A stretch of DNA of 63,075 nt, counting the filler, from Rhabdomonas costata (lineage: Eukaryota): NCBI GenBank assembly GCA_019059605.1. It is 50 parts of 50 records of this genome, joined end to end, with 100 filler letters (N's around TTAATTAATTAA, not from the genome) between each part and the next. Parts side by side here need not be neighbours in the genome. Positions count along the whole stretch, not along the records: positions 22,754 to 23,917 come from JAHMHO010025506.1; positions 24,018 to 25,180 come from JAHMHO010025507.1; positions 25,281 to 26,444 come from JAHMHO010025508.1; positions 26,545 to 27,702 come from JAHMHO010025509.1; positions 27,803 to 28,966 come from JAHMHO010025510.1; positions 29,067 to 30,230 come from JAHMHO010025511.1; positions 30,331 to 31,494 come from JAHMHO010025512.1; positions 31,595 to 32,758 come from JAHMHO010025513.1; 42 more parts are not named here. One strand, given 5' to 3'. The translations under genes were made by a program, and so were the position numbers. Positions 23,252-35,753 of this stretch are shown here, one piece after another. The first letter of the stretch is position 1. Each line of letters begins with the position of its first letter. The notes under the pieces were generated by a model. It was not told where the DNA came from. It did no database searches and worked only from the letters and a program-made list of their open reading frames with translations.

Positions 23252-24789
23252 CTGCAGGCAGTCACCGCGAGGCGCACGTTCAGTGCAACAAATGCGAGCG
23301 GCATGGTACTCTTCTTAGTGAGCCCTTGTCTGAGTGCATAAGCATTGAGGACATCTCATGTATCAACCCATGCTTCAAGCATATGAAATTTCAAAGCAAG
23401 CGGCCATCGCTTTAGTGATGCCTTCCCTCCGGGACTTGTTTTTTGTCACCTGTCTGAGCTGGAAGCCAGAAGAGAGAGAGGGTGCTCCTGCCCAAGCCTC
23501 CCGTACTTGCTGGGAGTCTCTTGCGTTCCGAGAGTGAGAGCAGAGAGAGAATGCACAAAGAAATAATGGATGCCTCAGCCGAACAGCGAGGGAGGGGGCA
23601 GGCCCAGAGGATCAGAGGATCAGAGGGGCGAACCTCTAGAAATGACACCACGCGGCACAACGCTGGACTTCGTAACCCAGAACCCAGACCAGTCCCCTGC
23701 GTTCTCCTCCATAATTGATGACGAAGCCGTTACTTCCTACTTAGCAGCCCCCTCCCTAGCTGGAAACCATGACAGCACTTTGTAGTTGAAAAACGGGGGC
23801 TGGGGAGGCCCACGCCTGCAGGGGGTGGATGGCGTGAACGTGGTGGGTCCTCCGCCGTGCCCGGCATCGCCGCAGGGCCTCCGAGACGGCGGCGATGTGG
23901 TGGCGCAGCCCCCCACANNNNNNNNNNNNNNNNNNNNNNNNNNNNNNNNNNNNNNNNNNNNTTAATTAATTAANNNNNNNNNNNNNNNNNNNNNNNNNNN
24001 NNNNNNNNNNNNNNNNNCTCCTCTGCAGCTATTCCCTTTCACATGAACGGTGGCCGGTCCTGGCAGCTTCTGCTGGAATGCAAGTTTCAGCGGCCAACGA
24101 ATTGAACTCATTCCTCTTTGCTCCCGCCCAAGCACAAATAGGAACGGCGCCTTTCCACCCATTGCATTCCCGTTTGGACGTGCAGTTCCCTTGTCTTGCC
24201 TCGCCGAGGCTAAATCCGATCATGTATAGAGGGCCAGGTTTCCCATGCGCTAAGCCGCTGAAGGCGTGAGTGCACAATTCACCTGAGCGAACGACTCTCC
24301 GATTACAACACTCATCCCCTCTCACACAGGGCTCTTCCCCGTGAGCACCTGCGGCTGCACCTGCTTTCTTGGTTCGGGGAAGAGGGTCACCCGAGCACAT
24401 TATACACGAGAAGAGGTACATATACAAAACCAAATGAAATTACAGGTGCGTTTCTCCCTTGGACTTGAACTTGTAATCCATGACCGCGCTGGTTCCTTGC
24501 AGAGTTCACAATAGCGTGGGACATGCCCATTGCCCTTTTACTTGCTTTTGCCTGTGAACGAACCTCTTTAACCTGAAAACAGCTGAGTGAGGGCCACAAG
24601 ATACAAAATAATAGCTGGACCGATATCCTAGCCTATGTCAAGCCAGATGTTATGGACGGTTTCGGGGCGAGGCAACACCGCTTGTAACGTTCCATTTCGG
24701 AACCGTTAACCCTGGCGCCAAGCGCACGTAAATACGGCACGGCTGATATTTCGCAACTAGTTTATAAACTTTCAAACGATTAAAATTAC

Positions 24790-25024
24790 CTGGGCTGACA
24801 AAGAGCTCTTCAGAGAAGTCCCCGCAGGACTGCACCCTCAGTGCATTCCCTGTCTCCGCGGGTAGGGCCAGCAGAGGCTCGTACACCGTCAGCACCTCCG
24901 CCCGGCCAGGCACAGTGAGGCGGCCCAGCTTGCGGAATACCACCCGTTCGTCCCCACAACATCCTCCGGTGGAGGTGGCCCCGAAGAAGGTACTCTCGGA
25001 AACCAGCACTACCGTACCGAACGT
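24790..25024 (-). CDS. Class III adenylate/guanylate cyclase, C-terminal part of the catalytic domain (one exon)
   Basis: TFGTVVLVSESTF...VFRKLGRLTVPGRAEVLTVYEPL fits the pattern (Y/F)GT.IL.SE.T...FR.L....VKG+.E...VYE; AG and GT boundaries present. Confidence 0.85.
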
Positions 25025-26752
25025 CTGCCACAAAAACAGAGGGCTATTGCACAACCATTAAATGTCTAGCAATGCTATTAGACGTTCCTCCCATTCAAGA
25101 AACGTCCCCACTCAAACTGCCCTTCGGCCACGCTGCGGACTGGCCTGCCCCCCCCTCCCCAAAATACGAACCAAACCACANNNNNNNNNNNNNNNNNNNN
25201 NNNNNNNNNNNNNNNNNNNNNNNNTTAATTAATTAANNNNNNNNNNNNNNNNNNNNNNNNNNNNNNNNNNNNNNNNNNNNTTTTGGTTGTTTAAAATTAA
25301 CCCTACCATTTTTGTGGCAATGTGCGCTTGCGTATAATCTCTTGGTTACCACGTGTTTGGACCTTTTAGGAGACACATTGCAAAATTTTGCTTTTATTCA
25401 TCGAAGAAGAAGAAGAAGAGCAAATACTATTCAATGCTTATCATGTTCCGCGTTATTTCTCCGCGGACAAATAGCTGCTTTGTATCACAATGCGTTGCAT
25501 TTGTGTGTGTTTGTTTTCAAATCCACAATGGAGTGTGATTTTCAACGTTCTTTCTAAGGCGTGCAATGATAAAGCCAGTATACAAGAGATTACGGTGATA
25601 TTTCTGACGTGTAAAGCAAAAGTATATTTTTATGCGAAAAGGAGGAGTTAAAATCTCGACACAAATTGACGAAGTTCTTATCGTATGTAGTGTGGAAGCC
25701 ATTTGACATGTGATAAAGTGTGTAAAGAGTTTGCATAAATGTGGAGCTTCTAGAGAAAAGCAAATGTGGATGGAATGGTTGCGTAATCTATCTGATCTGT
25801 TGTCATTTCCAGGAGGTAAATCTTCACGAATGGAGTTACGATGCGATGAGCGTATACGAGCGTGGTATTGTCAGTATAAAACATCAGGCAATTTTGGTTC
25901 ATGGTTGGATGTTCCCGTAAAAGTCGGTTATACAACGATATCAGCATTTGCACAGATACAAAAATCTACGCTATGGTGGTTGAAGTGTGAGGAAGGAATG
26001 GAGTTGACAGTGCAGTGCTGCCTCTGCAGATGAATATCATTGAGAACGATGAGGAAACTGACAAGAGCAAGAAAGCGGCGTGGGGGGGAAGTTGTGAGGC
26101 AAAATGGCCACAGTCAAGTTGGGGAAACAAGCCTCTTTGACTAGAATGGAGAAAGGCGTGATTAGGAGCAAGACAGGAACTAAAATGGCTTGTGTTTTGC
26201 GAGGGCCGAATGGGCTTCCAGTGCAAGCCTTACCATAAGGATAAACCCGCACACCGTCCGGAGAGTTAATGGAAGTTGTTGGATGAAAAGGACGACACGT
26301 ATAGCATTGAGAGAACACGGGGCTTGGAGGTAAGCGGAGGTAGACGTAGCAGTGGGAGCAGGACATAAGAAGAAGATCCCATCCAATGGAGTGCCATTGA
26401 GTTCTCTCAATGCTATACGTGTTGTCCTTTTCATCCAACACCACNNNNNNNNNNNNNNNNNNNNNNNNNNNNNNNNNNNNNNNNNNNNTTAATTAATTAA
26501 NNNNNNNNNNNNNNNNNNNNNNNNNNNNNNNNNNNNNNNNNNNNTGTGTTTGTTTGACGACCCGCAGAAATTCTGAGCGTATGTGATTTAAGGGGTGAGG
26601 CTGACGGGAGACTACGCACTGGTGCCTGACTACATACTGCAGCCTTTCCCCTCACCCCTTAAATCACATACGCTCAGAATTTCTGCGGGTCGTCAAACAA
26701 GAGTTACCAAACAGACTGGGGTGGTGTGTACGTAGGTGCCGTGCAAGGGTAC

Positions 26753-27397
26753 CTCTGATCCGGACCTGAGGTGGAGCTTCCCGTCGAGCCCCAGCGCACA
26801 CCTCCGAGCGGCCAGGGTGCTCTCGAACTCCACGAAGCCATAGCCTGGCCCACCAAAGTCATCCCAGACCCCTCTAACTGCAAACCTGCCCGCAAGCTTC
26901 AGGTCCTTTGTCTACCAATGGCATACAAGGCGGGTGTTTCAAGCTGAAAAAACGAGCAGCACTCAGCAGCGCCAATCTGTGGTAATGGAGGAAGTACCCC
27001 TCCCCCCCGAAACCAACACACTTGAGTCACATAGCCCTCTTGGATGCAAAAAGGCCTTGGTGGGCTTTCAAAAGCATTCAAAATGTTACTCAAAAGGCTC
27101 CTAAGACTCCTGAAACTATATTTGGACGCAATTATGGGGCCCTCAGATTTCACCACCCACCGTATGGCCAGGTCGCCATTTGCAGGTTGATTCCTCTGCA
27201 ATCTTTCTGACACAATGTTCATCCGCATCTTCTTTGTACAACCACGGGGTGACCAGTGCTGGGAAACACACCTAAGGGGATGCCGTGCTTGCGGCGGATG
27301 TCGATGATCAGAGGGGTCCCAAACCTCCGCACCAGTCGCCACAGCTCGCCCTCCACGATGTCCGAAGGCAGCATCCCGATATACACCCTATGACCGC
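26753..27397 (-). CDS. RRM-domain RNA-binding protein (SR-protein-like RRM); exons 27397-27272 and 26844-~26753
   Basis: RNP2 RVYIGMLPSDI and RNP1 GYGFVEFE...LDGK are joined in frame by a phase-1 GT-AG intron (27271-26845). The second exon is missing from the supplied ORF track. Confidence 0.88.
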
Positions 27398-29743
27398 CTG
27401 GACAACGCGGTGGGGGAAAAAGAACCGCCATGACACGTTTCGTGTGTTTGTGTGTGCATGTGAGTGGAGGGGTGGTCACAGCTTTCCCAGCTTCTGTGCT
27501 CTCAATTGTCACCGCCAGCGTTATGAAATGTTAACGATAATAAATGTTAACTACCCTTCCTTCTTCCAGCAATTCCCAGGGGTTCCTGTTAAAAGGGTCT
27601 GAAAACAAACCGTGGCTGCTTGATAATGAAAAAAGTAAAGTTACGACGCCAAACGCTCTTTAAAATCATCTTTAAACTCTAATGAAATCGATCCCAAAAA
27701 AANNNNNNNNNNNNNNNNNNNNNNNNNNNNNNNNNNNNNNNNNNNNTTAATTAATTAANNNNNNNNNNNNNNNNNNNNNNNNNNNNNNNNNNNNNNNNNN
27801 NNGTAAAAAATTGTGTTCCTCAAATAAGTCATTTTCTCACCACGGGGCTTGGGTTACCTGTGCCTGTACTCACTAGATGATGTTATTTTAGCGAATGGGG
27901 GTTAGGTTTACTGTTCTACTGCGCCCAAGATGTCGATGCCGAAGTTTAAAAAATTTCGACTGTTTAAAGCTGGTGTGAAATTCGTCTTTTTTTTAGGGGG
28001 GGCATCCCTTCTCGTCACGTCTCACGTTTTCGGCCAAGAAAAGAGGACGTTGGATGGTTTGTGTGATCATTACCGGTGCCGTTGCTGCCTCCTTGTCCTT
28101 GATGCGAACGGATGGGTATCGCGATCTGTCAATATGGTTGTGCTGAAGGCTGCTGCTACTGTGCACCTTATGGCCTGATCTAGTCCAGGAAAGAATTTCT
28201 CCGCCTTTGTCTGCTTTTTGCACAATGCGATTTGTTTCAGCATTGCAGTTAATTGGTGACGGTTGGTCTATGTGTACACTTTTCAAATTGGGCCTCCAGC
28301 TGAAATCCACACATGCATACGTTTCAGTACTTTGAGGACTCCATGCCGATCAGCTTCAACATGTTCTTCTACCGAACCATCGCGGTGCGCCGAGTGCTGC
28401 GCTGTCCAGAACTCCCCATCCTACCCTTTTTTTTGCCGCCAAGGGGTGCCGGCTTGAGGGTGCAAGGACCAGCCACGCGGCGTTTCGGAAGGCCCACTGT
28501 ATATACAAAAGATCCCGGGCCTGCTTCACGGGCCTGCTGTGCCCTCTTCGTCCTGAACCTCAATGACCCTTTTTTATGCTTCTGGGTATCATCAAACGAT
28601 CAAACAAGCAAACAACATGCAAAAACTTTTTCTTCATGTTTCGCATCATTTTGAACCATGACGACAGAAAAAGGCGGGGGGAATAACGGCCAACAAAGAT
28701 TCAGGTACACCTCGTTTGCATTAGCCGAGAAACAAGGTGAAGGCTCTGTTACTCCTTTGAAGTGTGGGGGTTCATGCTCGACCGTTCCCACACGCGCAGT
28801 ACCTCATTGTGCTGCCTTTCGCTGTGCTGGCGGTGGTGCTAAGCCTCAATCGGGCCTCGAACTCGCCCATGGTCACTCCCATCTGAAGCGCTCCTTCTCC
28901 GCTTCGTGGCCCTGTGGTTAGCACACTGAAAGACTTTGAGTCTGCCCTTCCGCCTGCCGTGTAGGCNNNNNNNNNNNNNNNNNNNNNNNNNNNNNNNNNN
29001 NNNNNNNNNNTTAATTAATTAANNNNNNNNNNNNNNNNNNNNNNNNNNNNNNNNNNNNNNNNNNNNGGGTGGGTGTGAGGAAGCAGAAGTGGGCTTGAGT
29101 TATGAAGAGAGTCCCCGAGGAGTCCACCGCATTGTTCACGGAGATCGTGGCCTCGGCCGCCACCAGAATTACCTGAAATGGACAGCGTACCTATTGCCAC
29201 GCTGAAACAGCTCAGGCGACTCTGCAGGGGACAAAATCCTTTCCTTCGTCCATCCATTATTTGCAGTCTTCGTCGCTTGCTTCGGTGATTTGTGTCACTT
29301 CAGAAGGCCACAATTGCGCTTGAGTGTAACAACGAGCAGACAATCAAACAAAAGCCTTTAAACTTGTGTGGGCAAAAAGAGGGAGAAAAGCTGGGATTGC
29401 TTGCGTTCGATCCATAGATCAGAAGTGTCTGAACGCAAAACAGTGCTTCTCAGGAGAACGAGAACGGACCGATGCCCTAGGATTAACTTCCCGACGACAA
29501 CAAGAGTGCGACTGACTGGAGTGATCTTGACGCTGAAACAGACCTTCAGAAATGATTGTATGGCAATTCTTACGATGTCCTGCAAAACGTATTGCCCTGG
29601 GCGATTACCTTCTGAGATGACTGGGTCCATATCTAACCACTCATTCACAAGTTGGCTTTGGCAGCAATGGTCAGAGCGGAGGGTTCTGATTTGCAGCGGA
29701 TATTGCACAGTAAAGGTCGTAGGGAGGAGAAGGAAGAGGCGCA

Positions 29744-29905
29744 CCTCGGCCAAGCCGCTGGGGCGGCCCTGCGCGGGGTCAAAGCGGCACAGCGTGTTCA
29801 CCCGGAACACGGCGCCCAAGTCGTGGTGCTCCCGGGGCAGGAGGATGGCGGAGAGCAACGCAGTGCGGGGGTTGAACCCCAGACAGCCACAGCACACCGG
29901 GAAGA
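29744..29905 (-). CDS. Internal exon of an unidentified protein
   Basis: cacag acceptor, GC-rich open frame VFPVCCGCLGFNPRTALLSAILLPREHHDLGAVFRVNTLCRFDPAQGRPSGLAE, GTGCGC donor. Confidence 0.5.
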
Positions 29906-31793
29906 CCTGTGAGGTGAAGAGGGGAATTGTCATCAAAGAATCGGGAGCTTGGAGCTCATCGTCCAACACCAACAATAGTGACGAGACCAAAAAAATGGAA
30001 AATTACCAAAGGAATGAAAGGAGTTTTTCTGAGCCAAAGGTTCCGCACCCAGGAACCATGAACCATGAACCCAGAGAAAAATCGCCCCCCCCCCGCAACG
30101 CTAACCATTGCAATCTTGTTCTCTTCATTTGTGGTTGGCAGTCCTTCGCTGCCGCAGATGAGCAGATGAGCTGAGGACAAGTCCTGACTGTCAGGATCAC
30201 CCCACAATTGCAACCCAAGCACCCCAACACNNNNNNNNNNNNNNNNNNNNNNNNNNNNNNNNNNNNNNNNNNNNTTAATTAATTAANNNNNNNNNNNNNN
30301 NNNNNNNNNNNNNNNNNNNNNNNNNNNNNNCTGCGGAGTATGTCGGGTGCTACAGGGTCACGAGGAAGTTCTTGGGGGTGCGGGCAGCCTCAAGCTGGGT
30401 CAGCTGCTGTAGGCAGGGAACCAACCCTATCGGCGTTGCGGAGGGGCACCGGCTAGTCTTCGGGGCAGAGGGAGAGAGGGTCGGGAGCAGCCGCGGGAGC
30501 AGAGCAGGGGCCGATGCGGTGTGCTACGTGGGCCGCCCGGTTCCGGGCTTTCCGGAAGAGAGCCCAGCTGTCGGGCGGCGGAGAGGAAGAAAGTTCGGGG
30601 CCGGGGGCCGAGGAAAGCCGCTGTCCGGGCTGCAGGGGTCGGGCACTCGAGGAACCCACTCCTGGAGGCCGCCATTAGCGTTTCGCGCCGGCGTGGGACT
30701 TCAGCTGGTCGAGCCATCATACCCATCTGCTGATCCTTGAGCAGGGCGGACACCAACCACTTTGGGACATCCTCACACACAGAATGTGCTGGATACGTAG
30801 CGAAGGGAATCAACCCAATCTTGAGAGAGGGCGACACTTACACCCCGCAGAGCTGCTGCTTTGTTCTAGACGGTCCTAATGGTCTTAAAGCAATCCACAG
30901 CCCCCGTAGCAGGGCAGGCGTTGATCTGATGGGTGTCGCATATAGCGGAGACACTGCGGCAAGGCCGTCAAGCCGTAACCAGGCAAGTCAGGCAAGATGC
31001 AAACCCGCCCGAACGTGCCCACGCAACCCACTACGGCGGCAAAGGCAAGACAGCGTAGAACTCGGCGAGGTCGGGATATTTCTGTACAAGGGGCGTAGAC
31101 CGAGAAGACGTGCAGACCCTGTCGCAGACCAGGGCGAGAGGGAACAGCAATGCCTGGAAGGCGAGCCATAGTATGAAGGCGCAGCCATGCGCGTCAACGA
31201 GGAAGTAGAGGAGAAACTGCGATCCCTGGGGAAGCCATAAGAGTAACTCCACAGCTGTCGCTATGCAGGCCACCAGATCGCCGGCTGGTCACGACATAGC
31301 GTGAAACCCAAACGAGCTAGAGCCCGAAAGGAACGCTTCAAAGGAATGCGGCAAGTTTTGTTTCCTTTAAAGCCCTCAACTGGACATCCTAAGACTCAAG
31401 GCTTCCTAAACGAGAAGATGACCACCTTGTAACCTTCCATGAGCCAATCCGTAATGCGTCCCCACTACGGGCATTACCATGTCCACCCACCACCNNNNNN
31501 NNNNNNNNNNNNNNNNNNNNNNNNNNNNNNNNNNNNNNTTAATTAATTAANNNNNNNNNNNNNNNNNNNNNNNNNNNNNNNNNNNNNNNNNNNNGTTGGT
31601 TGTTTTTTGGGGGTGTGGTTTCATGATGACTTTCTACAGAGGTGCTCCAAAAAAATGCTTGAGGTTGTTCACAATAGCTGGATTTGCAGTGACTCTCAAA
31701 AGCCCAGCCACCCTCACCGTGACCCCCATACTATGCAAGGGTCCACAAGTGCCTCAGGTTCGTAGGGGCCTCTTGCATGTTTTTTTTTGGGGG

Positions 31794-32153
31794 GGGGCGT
31801 TAAACGTTTAGCACTGCTAAACGTTCACAAATTTCCAAACCCCCTGAAATTTAAATATGTATGTCTAACCCAATTTTGCTAAATAAATGCATTTAGAGGC
31901 CGTTGAGTCCTGAAAATAACATCCCAAAAATGTATCTGATTCGGACGTTTAGCGGTGCTGAACGGAGCATCGTCCACCCCAAGGAACGTCCCAACCCATC
32001 CGCTCCGGCCGCACCGCGGACTGGCCTCCGCGGCGCTGGCCTTTGCACCTAAACTAATCAGAATTCCTTTTGTATCGCCATCTCCTGGCAACCGTTCATC
32101 GCCTTTGCGTTCTGACCTAAACGTTGAGCACTGCTAAACGTTTAACGCCCCTA
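31794..32153. mobile_element. Non-autonomous TIR element (MITE-like), ~360 bp
   Basis: 32-bp inverted termini GGGGCGTTAAACGTTTAGCA(C/G)TGCT(A/C)AACGTT at 31794-31825 and 32120-32151 with 2 mismatches; an internal degenerate copy near 31943-31964; no target-site duplication seen. Confidence 0.7.
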
Positions 32154-32489
32154 CCAGTGCACATACCATGGGGATGGGACAGGCGTTTGGGATTGACCGG
32201 TCGACCGAACTTTGGATAAAATTTCGCTACTTCTGTGGGCCATCCACCCGTCGTGATTCACCGGCATCGCAGAAGGGGAGGTTTTTTGCCGACAATGAGT
32301 TTGCATGCAGACGTGTGGTGCAGTGCATCATTTTTTTGCAAGGTTCATGGTTTCATGGTTACTGTCCAAATCGGTTCACTGAAGGTCCATATGCTCTGGG
32401 CGACTGTTGATCAGAACGCTGTATGGAACATATGGGGGGCGGGGGTTGAGTCTTTTGAGCCGCGCCCTTCTCCCCTTCCCCGCCGCGTT

Positions 32490-32758
32490 GGAGTGGCTGC
32501 CCATGATCTCCATCGATGAGCTGGAGCCCCTGGACCCCTGCGGTCCTTGGGACGGTTCCCGTGTCTGCGCCCCTGCGGCACCTCAGCGCCAGCCACAGCC
32601 ACCACCACAGCCGCAGCCTCAGCCTCAGCCTCAGCCTCAGCCTCTTCCTCAGCTGCCCCTGCCCCAGCTGCCACCACCCTCCCACTCCCAGCTCCATCCC
32701 TATGCTCAGTCACAAGTCCAGACGGTGCAGCCACAGATCCAGGCTCCACCACCACCCC
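32490..32758 (+). CDS. Pro/Gln-rich low-complexity coding segment
   Basis: Open frame ...ISIDELEPLDPCGPWDG...(PQ)n encoded by CAGCCT hexamer repeats; the start boundary is uncertain. Confidence 0.45.
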
Positions 32759-33420
32759 NNNNNNNNNNNNNNNNNNNNNNNNNNNNNNNNNNNNNNNNNN
32801 NNTTAATTAATTAANNNNNNNNNNNNNNNNNNNNNNNNNNNNNNNNNNNNNNNNNNNNTTGTTGAAGGGTTGTTATGGGTCCCCCTTATCTTGATTTAGC
32901 CTTGTCGTCGCCTTCTGGAAGTCGTGGCCGCTGACCCTGCTGATGCTTTTCATTGCCACCATATTTTGTGTCTGCGGCCGGTATTTCGGAAGTATAGTTC
33001 GAAAGGCCACTGCCCAGAGCCAGACAGCCTATGCAGGCGCTGGGGCCACCGCACAGGAGGTACGCACCGTGGTCTCTGGCTGCGAGTGAAGGAGACAGCT
33101 TCATCTTTGAATGACTCGCCCACATCCAGCTTAGAGTTCACAAGAACAGAGCTTTGGTGCTTTTGGGTTATGTTTCTCGCATAGGGGGAACTCCTCTGCA
33201 GTCAATGGTGTCACAATCACAGTATGAAGAATCGAATCTCCCAGCCCTTTCCCAGGACACTTTTGTTCGGTGCATCGGAAGGATTCCTGGAAGCATTCAC
33301 TTTTATGTGACCTTGTGCCAAGAATGAGACGCTTTTTACCTTGTTGCCTTTTTTTTGGGGGGGGGGGTCTTCGTTCTTAGAAAAACATGAACTAGAATAA
33401 TGCGATTTCTGCATTTTAAG

Positions 33421-33684
33421 GTGCTCTCCTCGATTCGGACGGTGCATGCCTTCAACGGAATGGAGAGGGAGGCCGTGAGGTACTCCCGGCAGCTCTCCCC
33501 GGTGGAGAGGATGGACATTCGTCAGGGAAGGGCCAGCGGGCTCGAAATGGGTTTCTTCATGGGAAGCTACTTTGTGTATTTCGGGGTGGTGCTCTTGCTT
33601 GGCAGCTACCTGATCCAGTGGGGTTGGGCCACCGGGGGCGATGTTATGGCTACGCTATTCGCGGTGCTGATCGGGGTCTTCCAG
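33421..33684 (+). CDS. ABC transporter subfamily B (P-glycoprotein/MDR) transmembrane-domain exon
   Basis: 264-nt phase-0 AG/GT-bounded exon VLSSIRTVHAFNGMEREAVRY...ATGGDVMATLFAVLIGVFQ, matching the ABCB1-type IRTV.AF...E..RY and G.V...F..VLIG motifs. Confidence 0.92.
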
Positions 33685-34778
33685 GTAAATTAACGTATGG
33701 TTGCCTTGGATGCTAGTTGTGACGCAGTTACGATTTTCTATATTTGGTGGAAGGCTTCAAGGTAAGCACTAAACTTAGTAATGAGCTGCTCAAACCAGCT
33801 AAGTGCTGCCCTGAGTTGTTGACAAAGCTCAATGTGAAAGTGCACTTTTTTCGGATAATTATTCCTTAGCTGAAGCCCCCTTCTCCCCAGTTGGGTCGAC
33901 GTTGGTTTTCATGGCGCGGTTTTGCTTCGCTACGTTTCTCGAACATTTTCTGAGACCTGCTTCTTTCTCTCATCTTGATGGCGCGGTGCAGGGTTGACCA
34001 CTTATTTACGGTCGCAAAAAACNNNNNNNNNNNNNNNNNNNNNNNNNNNNNNNNNNNNNNNNNNNNTTAATTAATTAANNNNNNNNNNNNNNNNNNNNNN
34101 NNNNNNNNNNNNNNNNNNNNNNGGGGTGGTTGTGCCTCACTCCTCATTCCTGGGTTTGCATTTGCTGGCACTGTGGAGGCGTTGCGTTTTGAGAAGGCTC
34201 AGCAATCTGCTGTCTTCTTCCTTCGCGCTCTGCAGATTTTATCTTGGACAAGAGGCCGCAGGTCCGGGGGCATCCTGTGAACTTGTGGTGCGTGTGCGGC
34301 CTGTTCCTGCCCCCATTCATATGCATCCTCCTCCCCTCCTACGCACATACTTGAACTCCTGATGGATTTCCATCCGGAGAACCCACTCTGCTCGAAGAGT
34401 TCAGTGATACGATCTCAAGTAAAAATACAACTTACCCATATCCTGAGTTGTCTGGATTTTCTGAAAAGAAATTTCCCGGTTATTCTGGAGACCAGGGTGA
34501 ACGAAACTCAACGAATTACTGAATACGTTGTGTTCTTTGGCGCCAACTCATCACTTCCCTGTCTCCACCATAAAAAGCGCGGGCTCAAAGGTCCCAAGGC
34601 CGCTGGAGAGAATGAAACCACCACTTCTATGTGAGTGAAGCATACAAATGGCTGGAAATGGGTTATCTTCCTCAGCGTGAGCCCGGTTCTCGGAGAACGA
34701 CGCACCAGAATAGTCGGTCTTTGTATTCGTAATTCCCTCGCCGCGCATACTGCATCTCGGATTTGGGGTTTTTGCCAG

Positions 34779-34960
34779 GTATTTGTACAACATCATGACC
34801 CAACTGGGTGGGCTGCACACGGTTGAGACTCACCGGTGGTTCCACATTATCTGGAAGGACTTCCCGCAGTGGTGGTCGTACACGAGCATTGGGCACACCC
34901 TGCGTGAGGTCTACCGCAAGTTCCTGCTGGACTACGAGCGCAGCCATTTCTGGGGAAAGC
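34779..34960 (+). CDS. ARID/BRIGHT DNA-binding domain exon
   Basis: YLYNIMTQLGGLHTVETHRWFHIIW...TSIGHTLREVYRKFLLDYE fits the ARID consensus LY..V...GG...V....W...TS....LR..Y.+.LL.YE; the 3' boundary is uncertain. Confidence 0.85.
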
Positions 34961-35753
34961 GCTACCGCTCCCCTGCGCAAGCCCTTTCCTTGCTGTGGCC
35001 CCCTGAGGTGTCTCCTGACTACCCCGCCGCAGCTCTCCTTTTGTAATTTAGTGAGGGGGCAAATTTTGCCTTCTAACATTCTTCTGCCGATAGGAAACGG
35101 CACGACGGTAAGCTCGTCGGCGACTTCAATGTCAACTTGGGTGCAAACAACGAGATCAGGGAACTCAAACTTCCATCTCAGCCTTTTCTCATTGTTCATC
35201 CCCGGAAAAGGATAGCACCTGTAAAACGCCGTTCCCTCTATCCTTTATCCTTTGGCTTCTGTGTGCACTACTCCCGCCCAACAAAANNNNNNNNNNNNNN
35301 NNNNNNNNNNNNNNNNNNNNNNNNNNNNNNTTAATTAATTAANNNNNNNNNNNNNNNNNNNNNNNNNNNNNNNNNNNNNNNNNNNNGTTGGTGGGTACTG
35401 TATCTCAACCATAATCACAAGCAATTGACAAGCAGGAACGGCAGCACGGTACGGGCACCATGCAACAAAGCATTTCAAAACACCCACCCGAAAGCACCCC
35501 CTACCCAACACCTCTTTCCAGGCAACAACCATAACTTGGAACACGATACGAACGCACACATCCACGCACACTCAAACCTGAAAAGCTATATACAAGCACA
35601 TAAACGCACCGGACCAAACGACGCCCACAGAGCGAAAAGCTTTCCACAAAAAGTAGGCGGACAGGCAGCCTCAACAGATAACCATTTTTCCAAGGAAAAA
35701 GCATTGCAGCGCCCACGCTACGCATACGCACACCGGATCTGAGGAAGGCCCAC

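Noticed and set aside
30331-31494. Retroelement N-terminal zinc-finger region on the minus strand
   Set aside because: Only scattered Cys/Trp spacing among many stops; too weak to call as a feature.
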